Shown: one piece after another, positions 1 to 9,398 of the stretch
Numbering within the stretch: the stretch's first letter is position 1
Layout: each line of letters opens with the position of its first letter
NCBI GenBank assembly: GCA_963664825.1
Contig: OY761614.1
Span: 2,752,001-2,816,000, forward strand
Length of the DNA: 64,000 nucleotides
Source: an uncultured Holophaga sp.
Lineage (GTDB): Bacteria; Acidobacteriota; Holophagae; Holophagales; Holophagaceae
Reading direction: 5' to 3'
Notes under the pieces: model-generated
Databases searched by the model: none
The model's input: the letters and a program-made list of their open reading frames with translations, nothing else
Told to the model about the DNA's origin: nothing
Made by a program: the position numbers and the translations under genes

Positions 1-6
1 AACCAG

Positions 7-1569
7 TTGGTGGGCACCTTCGATGGCTTCGAACTCTCCCAGGAACGGCCCACGGCCCTGCAGGGGGATGCCACGGGAGCCACGGTGGATCTCCGGCTGC
101 AGGGCCGCTCCCAGACCACCTCCATCGCCTCCTTCCGCGCCTCTGGCCGGGTTCCCTTCAAGGGGGATGTGCCCCTGGGCCTGAGGCTCGAGGGCTCCGC
201 GGAGCTGGCCAACCTGAAGCCCATCGCCGACCGGCTCATGGAACTGGATTCCTACAGCCTGTTGGGGGATCTGGATGCCCGGGGCGCGGCGAGCTTCGAG
301 CTCTCCCTGGGGGGGCCCTACCGGGAGCCGACCCTGGATGGGACCCTCGGCGTCCTCGGCGGCAGCCTTCAGATGCGGGGCTATCCCCAGAGTGTGGAAG
401 ACCTCGATTTCTCCCTGCGCTTCAAGGGCCACGAGATCGAGATCCCCAAGGATGATCCGGCCCGGGGCCTGATGGCTCAAGGGGCTCTGAGCTTCTGGGG
501 CAAGGCGAATTGGGGCTTCGGCGGCTTCGGCAGCTACAACCTGGAGGCCCGGCTGGAGGAATTCGAATTCAGGGATATTCCCGAAGGCTTCGAACTCCAG
601 GGGGATCTCCAGGCGAGCCTGAAGGGCAGTGATGTGGGTGGCGGCAAGCTCACAGGCAAGCTCCAGGCCAACCAGATGCTCTACCACGCCGATATCAATC
701 TGACCGACCTCCTCCTCTCCAATGCCCTGGGGGGCCTCTCTGGGTCCTCCGGCCTGGATCCCGACGACCCCATGGCGCGCATCAAGCTGGATGTGGAACT
801 CCAGTTGGCGGAGCCCTGGACCTTCGATACGAACCTTTTGAAGCTCCAGGGGCGGCCCGTGCCCGGGAGCAGCTTCAAGGTGAAGGGTAGCCTTGCGAAA
901 CCGACCCTCCAGGGGAAGATGGACTTCCTGCCGGGAGGCCGGGTCACCAACCTGCTGCCCGCTGGAGACATCGTGGTGGAGCGGGGTTCGGTCACCTTCA
1001 GCGATCTGGCCCAGAGTTCCCTCCCTCAGCTCGATATCCTGGGGAGGGTGGACGTGTCGCCCTATGTGGTGAATCTCCAGATCCGGGGCAGCCTGGATAG
1101 GCTGGAGATGAACCCCACCTCCACCCCCTCCCTGCGCAAGGATGAGATCACGGCCATCCTCATCGATCCATCCCTGGCTTCGACCATCGGTTCCACCTCC
1201 AACGCCTCCAGCGCGATCTCCTCGGGCCTGGCCAAGACCAGCAGCGGGCTGCTGACCAGCCTCGCCCTGGCCGATCTCCAGGAGCGCTTCCGACGGATCT
1301 TCAAGCTGGATCGGATGAACGTAGCTTGGCGGGCGGGCAGTTCCGGGACTTCCGAGAGCACCATCACCGGAGGCTATACCTTCAAATTCCCTGGCTGGCA
1401 GCTGCCCCTGGTGGTCACCCAGCGGAAGGCCAGTGAAGTGACGACCCTCAGCGGCCAGTTCGAATGGCGCCTGGGGAATTTCGTCCTCCAAATGGGCGCC
1501 AGCCGCCAATCGGGCTCCACGGGCCTGAATCCGGCCTTCGAGTTCCGCCATACCTGGAGTCCCCAGTGA
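7..1569 (+). CDS. Translocation/assembly module TamB-like protein (C-terminal part; 5' end outside window)
   Basis: Long ORF of glycine-rich amphipathic beta repeats; C-terminal DUF490-like region (LDILGRVDVSPYVVNLQIRGSL...STPSL) ending in a beta strand FEFRHTW. Confidence 0.75.
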   Translation: MVGTFDGFELSQERPTALQGDATGATVDLRLQGRSQTTSIASFRASGRVPFKGDVPLGLRLEGSAELANLKPIADRLMELDSYSLLGDLDARGAASFELSLGGPYREPTLDGTLGVLGGSLQMRGYPQSVEDLDFSLRFKGHEIEIPKDDPARGLMAQGALSFWGKANWGFGGFGSYNLEARLEEFEFRDIPEGFELQGDLQASLKGSDVGGGKLTGKLQANQMLYHADINLTDLLLSNALGGLSGSSGLDPDDPMARIKLDVELQLAEPWTFDTNLLKLQGRPVPGSSFKVKGSLAKPTLQGKMDFLPGGRVTNLLPAGDIVVERGSVTFSDLAQSSLPQLDILGRVDVSPYVVNLQIRGSLDRLEMNPTSTPSLRKDEITAILIDPSLASTIGSTSNASSAISSGLAKTSSGLLTSLALADLQERFRRIFKLDRMNVAWRAGSSGTSESTITGGYTFKFPGWQLPLVVTQRKASEVTTLSGQFEWRLGNFVLQMGASRQSGSTGLNPAFEFRHTWSPQ

Positions 1570-1796
1570 GCGTCCGCCTCCGTGCCTTCGCCCGCTATCG
1601 CGATCTGCTGGGCTTCGAGAGCCTCGAACTGGCCCTGCCGGAGCCGCCGACCCTGGATAGGCTCTTGGCAGACCCGCGCCTGGTGGCCCTCCCCCGGGAG
1701 GCCCTGCTGGCCGTGAACCAGGCCTTCGCCACCCGCCAAAGCCCCCTGGCCGAAGGTGACGAGGTGGCCCTTATGCCCCCTGTGAGCGGCGGCTGA
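1566..1796 (+). CDS. moaD: MoaD/ThiS family sulfur carrier
   Basis: GTG start overlaps the upstream stop; AVNQ...EGDEVALMPPVSGG with C-terminal di-glycine. Confidence 0.85.
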   Translation: MSVRLRAFARYRDLLGFESLELALPEPPTLDRLLADPRLVALPREALLAVNQAFATRQSPLAEGDEVALMPPVSGG

Positions 1797-1838
1797 ACTC
1801 TGGGAATGGCTTTCAGCCAATGTTTCACGCCCTTGGCT

Positions 1839-2222
1839 TCAGTCCTTATCCCCAGAGGGATGGCTGCTGAGTTTGAAGTAGCCATCCCTTCGCATGGGGC
1901 GGATCTCCACCGTGAGATCGCAGCGCTGGGCCTCCAGGGACAGGGCGTAGAACTCCTGCATCAGTTCCAGGCAGGCCTCGCCAAGGGCCTGGAGGGCTTC
2001 CGGGTCCCGGCCCTCCAGGACGAGGATCGTGAGATGGGCGAAAGCGTTCCGCGGGTCCCCGTCGCCCACGCGGAAGTGTTCGCAGCCGATGGCGCGGCTC
2101 TTGATGTCATCCAGGCGGCACTTCCCGGTCTCCGCCAGCAATTGGTGGAGCCGGGCGAACATGTGCGGGAAATCGGCGTCGTCCAGGATATTGGCGGAGT
2201 ATTCCAGGATTGCATGGGGCAC
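1839..2222 (-). CDS. 5-carboxymethyl-2-hydroxymuconate isomerase family (tautomerase superfamily)
   Basis: N-terminal catalytic Pro (MPHAILEYSANI), DIKSRA and FAHLTILVLEGR motifs. Confidence 0.8.
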   Translation of the reverse strand: MPHAILEYSANILDDADFPHMFARLHQLLAETGKCRLDDIKSRAIGCEHFRVGDGDPRNAFAHLTILVLEGRDPEALQALGEACLELMQEFYALSLEAQRCDLTVEIRPMRRDGYFKLSSHPSGDKD

Positions 2223-2245
2223 GGGGTCCCCTCCTTCAGCGCCTT

Positions 2246-2712
2246 TCAGCCCTCGGGCGCGGTCATGCGGTTGCGGTAGTGCTCGTAGTCCGGAAGAAGG
2301 CGCTCGTAGGTCTCGTCCATGAGGGGGCTCGATATCAAGAAATCTGCCGAAGCCCAGTTGCAGGCCACGGGGATGTTCCAGACCACGGCCAGGCGTAGGA
2401 GCGCCTTCACATCGGGATCGTGGGGGGCGGGTTCCAGGGGATCCCAGAAAAACACCACGAAGTCGATGACCCCTTCGGCGATCTTGGCGCCGATCTGCTG
2501 ATCCCCCCCAGGGGGCCGCTCTGGAATTTCGTCACCGGGATGCCCAGCAGTTTCTCCACCATGCGGCCCGTCGTGCCCGTGGCGTAGAGCTCGTGCTTGC
2601 AGAGGAGCCCCTTGTTGAATTCGATCCACTCCAGGAGATCCCGCTTCTTGTGGTCGTGGGCCACCAGGGCGATCTTCTTGCGGGGCTGCATGGTGATGGA
2701 TGGCCGTGTCAT
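2246..2712 (-). pseudogene. mgsA: Methylglyoxal synthase split by a one-base frameshift in a G7 run
   Basis: IALVAHD, ATGTTG and SGPLGG are in one frame; DQQIGA, FFWDP and [11 protein letters not shown] are in another; the junction is the C7 run at 2503-2509. Confidence 0.9.
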
Positions 2713-2776
2713 GAAACCCCCTGAGGCCCGTGCCGGGTCCCTCCCAGTCTATCCCTCCAGGCCCTGAAAGCCCGTA

Positions 2777-3337
2777 TCAGCCTTCGGGTTCGACCTCGGG
2801 CAGGGAGGACCAGGCCGAGAAGCGCTGGAAGAGGCGGGTCCCCCCCGCCAGGAGGAGGCCCGGTCCACCGATCCAGAGCGCTTCGCCCAGCAGGGCCCCC
2901 AGGAAGGGCAGCCTCAGACCCGGCCAGAAGGGCAGGGGGGCGTCCCTGAAGGGTTGCCAATAGCAGCCCCAGCGGCTGGTGGAGAAGGGGTAGAAGAAGG
3001 CCACTCCCACCGGGCCCGAGGTGCAGGCATCCAGCATTCCATGGGAGAGGGAGGCCAGGAGCAGGTAGGCCCCGATCCTCGGATTGCGCTGTTCCTGCTT
3101 GAGCCCGAGCACATAGACGGCGAGGGCCAGCAGCACGGCTCCCAGCAGGGAATGGGTGATCCCGCGGTGGGCCAGAAAATTGCCGGGGTGCACCCGCAGG
3201 AAGGCCGTGAACCAGTCCAGGTCGGGCGCCGTGGCGCAGAGGGCCCCCAGGATCCAGGTCCGGCGCGGGGTTCTTTCGTCCGTGAAAGCGGCGCCCAGGG
3301 CGATACCGGCGGCCGCGTGGCCGAAAAAGGAGGGCAA
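2777..3337 (-). CDS. Metal-dependent hydrolase, YbcI/YdjM-like inner membrane protein
   Basis: GH...APDLD...HRGITHSL...SHGMLD motifs, hydrophobic segments. Confidence 0.8.
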   Translation of the reverse strand: MPSFFGHAAAGIALGAAFTDERTPRRTWILGALCATAPDLDWFTAFLRVHPGNFLAHRGITHSLLGAVLLALAVYVLGLKQEQRNPRIGAYLLLASLSHGMLDACTSGPVGVAFFYPFSTSRWGCYWQPFRDAPLPFWPGLRLPFLGALLGEALWIGGPGLLLAGGTRLFQRFSAWSSLPEVEPEG

Positions 3338-3346
3338 GGGTGGCTC

Positions 3347-4639
3347 CTAGCGCCGGGGCGCCGGTTCCTGGAGATTGGCCAGGAATTCGTCGTTGGTCTT
3401 GGTCTTGGCCAGGCGATCGAGCAGCAGTTCCATGCTCTCCACGGGGCCGGAACCGGCCAGCACCTTGCGCAGCACCCAGATCTTCTGGAGCCTGGGCGCA
3501 TCGATGAGGAGATCCTCCTTGCGGGTGCCGCTCTTGAAGATATCCATCGAAGGGAAGATGCGCTTGTCGCTGAGCTTGCGGTCCAGCACGATCTCGCAGT
3601 TGCCGGTGCCCTTGAATTCCTCGAAGATTACGTCATCCATGCGCGATCCGGTCTCGATGAGGGCGGTGGCCACGATGGTGAGGCTACCCCCACCTTCGAT
3701 ATTGCGGGCCGCGCCGAAGAAGCGCTTGGGCCGCTGGAGGGCGTTGGAATCCACGCCGCCGCTGAGCACCTTGCCGGAGGGCGGCACCACGGTGTTGTAA
3801 GCCCGAGCCAGGCGGGTGATGGAATCCAGCAGGATCACCACGTCCTTCTTGTGCTCGACGAGGCGCTTGGCCTTTTCGATGACCATCTCGGCCACCTGGA
3901 CGTGGCGGGTGGCGGGCTCGTCGAAGGTGCTGGAAATCACCTCACCCTTCACATGGCGCTCCATGTCGGTGACTTCCTCGGGGCGCTCGTCGATGAGCAG
4001 CACGATGAGGAAGACTTCCGGATGGTTGGCTGTGATGGAATTGGCGATGTTCTGGAGGAGCACCGTCTTGCCTGTGCGGGGCGGGGCCACGATGAGGGCG
4101 CGCTGGCCCTTGCCCAGGGGCGTCATCAGGTCCATGACCCGGGTGGAATGTTCCTGGGCGTCCCGCTCCATCTTCAGGTGCTGGGTGGGGTAGAGGGGCA
4201 CCAGGTTATCGAAGTGGATGCGCTCCTTGACCGAATGGGGGGGATCGAAATTGATGGCGTCGATGCGGAGCAGGGCGAAGAATTTCTCCTCCCCCTTGGG
4301 GGGGCGCACCATGCCGGAGATGGTGTCCCCGCTGCGCAGCCCGAACTTGCGGATCTGGCTGGGGGAGACGTAGATGTCGTCCACACCGGCCAGGTAGTTG
4401 AAATCCGGGGCCCGGAGGAAGCCGAAACCCTCGGGGAGGACCTCCAGCACGCCCTCGGCGAAGAACATGCCCTCCTGAGTGGCCTGGGCCTCCAGCAGTC
4501 GGAAGATGAGTTCCTGCTTCCTCAATGACAGAGGGCTTTGGATCCCGTAGGCCTTGGCCATCTCAGCGAGGCGGCCGATGGATTGCTCCTTCAGCTCCTG
4601 CAGATTGAGAACAGTGGGAACGGTGGTTTCATTTGGCAT
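3347..4639 (-). CDS. rho: Transcription termination factor Rho
   Basis: [43 protein letters not shown] motifs; start placed at MPNETT. Confidence 0.98.
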   Translation of the reverse strand: MPNETTVPTVLNLQELKEQSIGRLAEMAKAYGIQSPLSLRKQELIFRLLEAQATQEGMFFAEGVLEVLPEGFGFLRAPDFNYLAGVDDIYVSPSQIRKFGLRSGDTISGMVRPPKGEEKFFALLRIDAINFDPPHSVKERIHFDNLVPLYPTQHLKMERDAQEHSTRVMDLMTPLGKGQRALIVAPPRTGKTVLLQNIANSITANHPEVFLIVLLIDERPEEVTDMERHVKGEVISSTFDEPATRHVQVAEMVIEKAKRLVEHKKDVVILLDSITRLARAYNTVVPPSGKVLSGGVDSNALQRPKRFFGAARNIEGGGSLTIVATALIETGSRMDDVIFEEFKGTGNCEIVLDRKLSDKRIFPSMDIFKSGTRKEDLLIDAPRLQKIWVLRKVLAGSGPVESMELLLDRLAKTKTNDEFLANLQEPAPRR

Positions 4640-4718
4640 AAAGAACTCCCCTTCCAGGGGGAACAATCAAGTCGAGCTTGGTTTTGGAGAGATTCAAGTA
4701 TGCGGCAAGAGCCGGATT

Positions 4719-5594
4719 TCAGCCACGGGTTAAGGGAATATTGGCCAGACCGTCAATAAACTCGGAGACTCGCTTGGTGAAATCCTTGGGGGCTTCCACC
4801 GGGAACGAGTGCCCGATGCCTAGCACCACCTCGAAGCGGCTTTGGGGCACCAGGCGCGCCGTCTCCAGGCACTTCCAAGGGGGCGTCAGCAGGTCCTCGG
4901 CTCCCGCCAGGAAGAGCACGGGATCCTTCAGGGCCCCCAGGCGGTCCCGGATATCCCATTCCAGGAGGCCCTCCATCTGGCGCGTACTGGCCGCAGCGTC
5001 CACGCCCTGGGAGGAACGGAGGTCCCCCCGCCCGGAGGTGATGGCCTGGTGGTAGGCCCGCAGGACTCCGTGGCGCTGGGCCAGGAATCGGTCCCCCCAG
5101 AGGTAGGGCGCCACCGCGTCGAATTGCATGAGGGGGCCGCCGACGTGGAGGCATTCGATCCAGTGGAGGATCCTCAGCCGGGTGGAGAAATCCACCCAGG
5201 GCGCGCTGCTGGTGAGGATGGCCCCGGCGAAGGCTCCGGGATGGGCCACCAGGAGTTCCAGGGAGATGTTCGACCCGTTCGAAAGCCCCAGGAGCCAGGG
5301 CCTCTGGATGCCCAGGTGGCCCAGCAAGGCCCATCCATCCTCCGCCAGGATTTGGGGGGTATAGGCCCCCTCGGGCGCATCCGAATGCCCCTGGCCTCGG
5401 CCATCGAAGGTGAGCACATGGAAGCGCGGCACTAGCCCGGGCAGGACGCCCGCCCACATGGTGGTATCCGAAAGCAGCCCATTGACCAGGACGATCCAGG
5501 GCCCCTGGGGGTTGCCCTGAATGCGGTAGTGGAGCCTGATGCCAGAGGGGAGCGTGGCGAAGCGGCGCTCGGATTTCCGGGTAGGCTCTCCCAT
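4719..5594 (-). CDS. Alpha/beta fold hydrolase (enol-lactonase-like)
   Basis: DGRGQGHS, nucleophile elbow GLSNG, AGAEDLLTP, GHS; ATG overlaps the stop of the upstream gene. Confidence 0.85.
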   Translation of the reverse strand: MGEPTRKSERRFATLPSGIRLHYRIQGNPQGPWIVLVNGLLSDTTMWAGVLPGLVPRFHVLTFDGRGQGHSDAPEGAYTPQILAEDGWALLGHLGIQRPWLLGLSNGSNISLELLVAHPGAFAGAILTSSAPWVDFSTRLRILHWIECLHVGGPLMQFDAVAPYLWGDRFLAQRHGVLRAYHQAITSGRGDLRSSQGVDAAASTRQMEGLLEWDIRDRLGALKDPVLFLAGAEDLLTPPWKCLETARLVPQSRFEVVLGIGHSFPVEAPKDFTKRVSEFIDGLANIPLTRG

Positions 5595-6076
5595 CACAAG
5601 CCCTCCCATCGTTCCGCGGCCTTGAGGTGGGCGGCTAGGCTGAAACGCCCGCCCTCGAAGTGGAGTACGGCGCAGGCGGCATTGGGGAAGGCCACCTCCT
5701 GCCCCGTGAGGTGCAGGATCAGGTCCGAGCAGAAGGGCTGATGGCTCACCAGAGCGAGGGTCAGGGTCGAGGCCTCGGAACAGGCTCCGCGCAGCCAGTC
5801 CTCGGCTTGGCTCGGATGGCCCTGGGGCAGGAGGCCCTCCCATGAATCCACGGGGAAGCCCACCTGGGCGGCCTCCTGGAGGCATTGCAGGGTTTCCACC
5901 GCGCGCCGGTAGGGGCTGCTCACGGCCCGGGTGGGCACATAGCCCCGGGCCACCAGACCCTTCATGGCGGCGCGGGTTCTCTTCCAGCCCTGGGTCGTCA
6001 AGGAACGCTCCTCATCGCATAGCCCTCTCCTAGGGTCTTCGGCGAGGCCGTGGCGGATCAAGAGAATGGTGATCAT
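5594..6076 (-). CDS. sixA: SixA-like histidine phosphatase
   Basis: LIRHG, R.LT..G, SSPYRRAVET, LVSHQP motifs. Confidence 0.8.
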   Translation of the reverse strand: MITILLIRHGLAEDPRRGLCDEERSLTTQGWKRTRAAMKGLVARGYVPTRAVSSPYRRAVETLQCLQEAAQVGFPVDSWEGLLPQGHPSQAEDWLRGACSEASTLTLALVSHQPFCSDLILHLTGQEVAFPNAACAVLHFEGGRFSLAAHLKAAERWEGL

Positions 6077-6218
6077 GGAGGACCATTGTAAACGGAAGCG
6101 TCCCCTGGGGTTTTATTCCTGGTGGAGGATGGGCTTTCATGGGATACTTCAAGATTGGGCCAGGACCGGAGGGCGTCTTTCTGCCATTCACAACCCGGCG
6201 AACGCCCGGGAGAAATTC

Positions 6219-7751
6219 GTGACCGATCTGACTTTCGCAGCCCTAGGCTGCGCCGAACCCTTTGTGGAAGCCCTCGAGAAGCGCGGCTTCACCTCCCCCA
6301 CCCCCGTCCAGGCCGAGTGCTTCAAGCCGGGCCTCGAAGGCCGCGACCTTTTGGTGCAGAGCCGCACCGGCAGCGGCAAGACGCTGGCCTTCGGCCTGCC
6401 GATCATGCATCGCCTCACACCGGAACGCCATGCCCAGGTGATCATCCTGGCGCCCACCCGGGAATTGGCCCAGCAGGTGGCCACGGAACTGGAGAGCGTC
6501 CGGCCCCATCTGTCCACGGCCCTGCTGGTGGGCGGCCTCAGTTACGTGCCCCAGCTCAAGGCCCTGCACTTCGGCGCCCAGGTCATCGTGGGCACGCCGG
6601 GCCGGGTGATGGATCACCTGGACCGCAAGTCCCTGGATCTCTCCAAGGTCTCCATGGTGGTGCTCGACGAATGCGACGAGATGCTCAATATGGGCTTCCT
6701 GGAAGACGTGGAGAAGATCCTCTCCCAGGCCACCGGTGACCGCCAGACCTACCTCTTCAGCGCTACCCTGCCTGGTCCCATCGCCACCCTGGCCCAGCGC
6801 TTCCTGAAGAATCCCCACAGGGTCGAACTGAGCGGTTCCCACGGCAGCACCCAGCACGCCGATATCGCCCACACGGCATCTCTGGTGGCCGATCATCTCC
6901 AGACCAAGGCCCTCGTGAACTTCCTGCTCACGGATGAACCCAGCGGCGCCCTCATCTTCACCAAGCGCAAGCAGCAGGCCGAAGATGTCGCCGATGTGCT
7001 GCGGGCTGCCGGACTCTCGGCTGAGCATCTCCACGGGGACCTGGCCCAGGCCACCCGCAACCGCATCCTCACGAGCTTCAAAGAAGGCAAGCTGCGCTAC
7101 CTGGTGGCCACCGATGTGGCCGCCCGGGGTCTCGATGTGGAGGCTCTGCCCCTGGTCATCCACATGGGCATCCCCACCCAGATGGAGAGCTACATCCACC
7201 GCTCCGGGCGCACCGGACGCGCCGGGCTCAAGGGCACTTCCCTGGCCCTGGTGGACTTCAAGGAATCCCGCATCCTGCTGGCCTGGGGACGCCGCGGCGG
7301 CCTGAAATTGGACTGGCGCCCCGTGCCCACCCAGGAGGAGATCCGCCTGGGACGCATCCAGAACCTCCACGCCGAACTCACGGCCCTGGAGGCTCCGGCC
7401 TTCCTGGAACAGGCCAAGACCCTGCTGGCCGGTCGCGGCGCCGAGGAATTGGTCGCGGCCCTGCTCTCCCTGGTGCAGAAGGAGAGCCACGGGGGATTCT
7501 TCATCCCCGAGCCCCCCAAGGTCGCCTACAAGACCGAAAAACCGGCCCGGCCTCGCTTCTCGGAGCATTCCTTCACGCCCCGCAACGATGCCCCCCGGGA
7601 CGAGCGTCCCCGCAAGCCCTACCAGGATCGCCCCTCGGCCCCCCGCAAGGCCGATGACAAGGCTTTCGGTCCTCGCAAGCCCTTTAACAAGACCGCCAAG
7701 CCCGCCTTCCCCAAGCCGAGCGGCGAACCCTTCAAAAAGCGGAAAGTCTGA
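6219..7751 (+). CDS. DEAD/DEAH-box RNA helicase
   Basis: Q motif PTPVQ, TGSGKT, PTRELA, TPGR, DECD, SAT, ARGLD, HRSGRTGR; basic C-terminal tail. Confidence 0.95.
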   Translation: MTDLTFAALGCAEPFVEALEKRGFTSPTPVQAECFKPGLEGRDLLVQSRTGSGKTLAFGLPIMHRLTPERHAQVIILAPTRELAQQVATELESVRPHLSTALLVGGLSYVPQLKALHFGAQVIVGTPGRVMDHLDRKSLDLSKVSMVVLDECDEMLNMGFLEDVEKILSQATGDRQTYLFSATLPGPIATLAQRFLKNPHRVELSGSHGSTQHADIAHTASLVADHLQTKALVNFLLTDEPSGALIFTKRKQQAEDVADVLRAAGLSAEHLHGDLAQATRNRILTSFKEGKLRYLVATDVAARGLDVEALPLVIHMGIPTQMESYIHRSGRTGRAGLKGTSLALVDFKESRILLAWGRRGGLKLDWRPVPTQEEIRLGRIQNLHAELTALEAPAFLEQAKTLLAGRGAEELVAALLSLVQKESHGGFFIPEPPKVAYKTEKPARPRFSEHSFTPRNDAPRDERPRKPYQDRPSAPRKADDKAFGPRKPFNKTAKPAFPKPSGEPFKKRKV

Positions 7752-7991
7752 TGCTCTGGGGCAGGGGGGCCTTCGCTCCCCCGCCCTTGGGTTTTGAGAG
7801 AAACTTGTCATCTTCCCCGAATTTGGTAAGCTTTCATCCGTAGCAATGGATCCATGAGGCCCCTTGGCCATGGTTCCTTGTACCCTGGCTGATACGTTCC
7901 CTCCCGCCGCCCTTGTCTGGGATGCAGGGCGGAAGGCCCCGTCTCAGCTAGGTGCGAGTCGAATGCGCTGGATCCGTTTGGAGTGACTCCG

Positions 7992-9398
7992 ATGCCAAAG
8001 CTGCTCGTCAATAACAGGGAAGTCGAAACCGACCTCCCCCTGGGCAGTTCGCTGGTGGACTTCCTGCGCAACGAGATGCATCTCTACGGCACCAAGATCG
8101 GGTGCCGGGAGGGGGATTGCGGCGCCTGCACGGTGCTGGTGGGCAGCCTCGTGGAGGGCGCCATGGGCTACCGGGCGATGGCCTCCTGCCTGACGCCCCT
8201 GGGCAATGTCGTGGGGAAGCACCTGGTGACCATCGAAGGCATCAACCAGCCGGAGCTCACCGTCATCCAGGAAGCCTTCGTGGAGGCGAATGGCACTCAG
8301 TGCGGGTTCTGCACGCCGGGCTTCATCCTGTCCGTCTATGGCTTCTGCCTTAGCGACAAGGCCTTCACCCTGGAGAACGTCCTGGATTCCGTGGCTGGGA
8401 ACGTCTGCCGCTGCACTGGCTACGCCTCCATCAAGCGCGCCCTTCAAGTCATCGTGGACAAGCTCCAGCCCATGGATCGCAAGAACCCCGTGCAGTGGTT
8501 GGTGGAGAACCGCTTCCTCCCCGAATACTTCCTCGGGATTCCGGAACGCATGAAGGTCATCGCTCTTTCCGAAGAGCCCTCGATGGAGGCTCCAGGCTAC
8601 GTCATCGCCGGGGGCACGGATCTCCTCATCCAGGATTTCCAAGGAGCCCAGGACGCAGGTCAGGTGCGGCTCCTTTCCCGCAGGCCGGAGTACCGGCAGA
8701 TCCAGATCCAGGGCGGGTGGTGCGAGCTCGGCGCCGCCTGCACCATCTCCCAGGTCTTGGAATCCCGGGAACTCAATGAGGCCCTCCCGGGGCTGGGAGA
8801 GTACCTGAACCTCATGGCCTCCCACCCCATCCGCAATATGGGCACCATCGGGGGCAATATCGCCAATGCCTCTCCCCTCGGGGATATGTGCGTGATCCTC
8901 ATGGGCCTGGGCTCCACGCTCACCCTCTCCCTCCGGGGGCGGATCCGGGAGCTGCCCCTCCGGAAATTCTTCGCCGGATACAAGCAGACGGTCCTGGAAC
9001 CCGGGGAGATCATCACCCATATCGGTTTCGAAATGCCCGATGGGAATACCCGCTTCAGCTTCGAGAAATCGAGCAAGCGCAAGCATCTGGATATGGCCAC
9101 GGTGAATTCAGCCCTGCGGATCACCTTCGAGGGAGAGCTCGTCCGGAAGGCGATCCTGGCCGTGGGTTGCATGGGGCCCACCGTCCTTCCCCTGAAGGAG
9201 ACCTCGGCCTTCCTCCTGGGCCGGAGACTCGATAACGCCACCTTCAAGGAAGCCAACCGCATCGCTCAGACCGAGGTCTCGCCTGTCAGCCGCCACCCGG
9301 GGGATGGGGACTACAAGCGCGCCCTCCTGAGGCAACAGATCCTGATCCACTTCATGAAATTCTCCCCCCATACCCTCACCCGGGAGGCCCTGGCATGA
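7992..9398 (+). CDS. xdhA: Xanthine dehydrogenase small subunit (2x[2Fe-2S] + FAD)
   Basis: GCREGDCGACT, QCGFCTPG, NVCRCTGY, AGGTDL, IRNMGTIGGNIANASP. Confidence 0.9.
   Translation: MPKLLVNNREVETDLPLGSSLVDFLRNEMHLYGTKIGCREGDCGACTVLVGSLVEGAMGYRAMASCLTPLGNVVGKHLVTIEGINQPELTVIQEAFVEANGTQCGFCTPGFILSVYGFCLSDKAFTLENVLDSVAGNVCRCTGYASIKRALQVIVDKLQPMDRKNPVQWLVENRFLPEYFLGIPERMKVIALSEEPSMEAPGYVIAGGTDLLIQDFQGAQDAGQVRLLSRRPEYRQIQIQGGWCELGAACTISQVLESRELNEALPGLGEYLNLMASHPIRNMGTIGGNIANASPLGDMCVILMGLGSTLTLSLRGRIRELPLRKFFAGYKQTVLEPGEIITHIGFEMPDGNTRFSFEKSSKRKHLDMATVNSALRITFEGELVRKAILAVGCMGPTVLPLKETSAFLLGRRLDNATFKEANRIAQTEVSPVSRHPGDGDYKRALLRQQILIHFMKFSPHTLTREALA

Noticed and set aside
2954..4528. 524-aa + strand ORF, and similar long antisense ORFs (6243-7871, 9410-11431, 11724-13304, 16012-17973, 59058-60650, 62364-63596)
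   Set aside because: Shadow frames opposite well-supported genes; expected in high-GC DNA and lacking recognisable motifs
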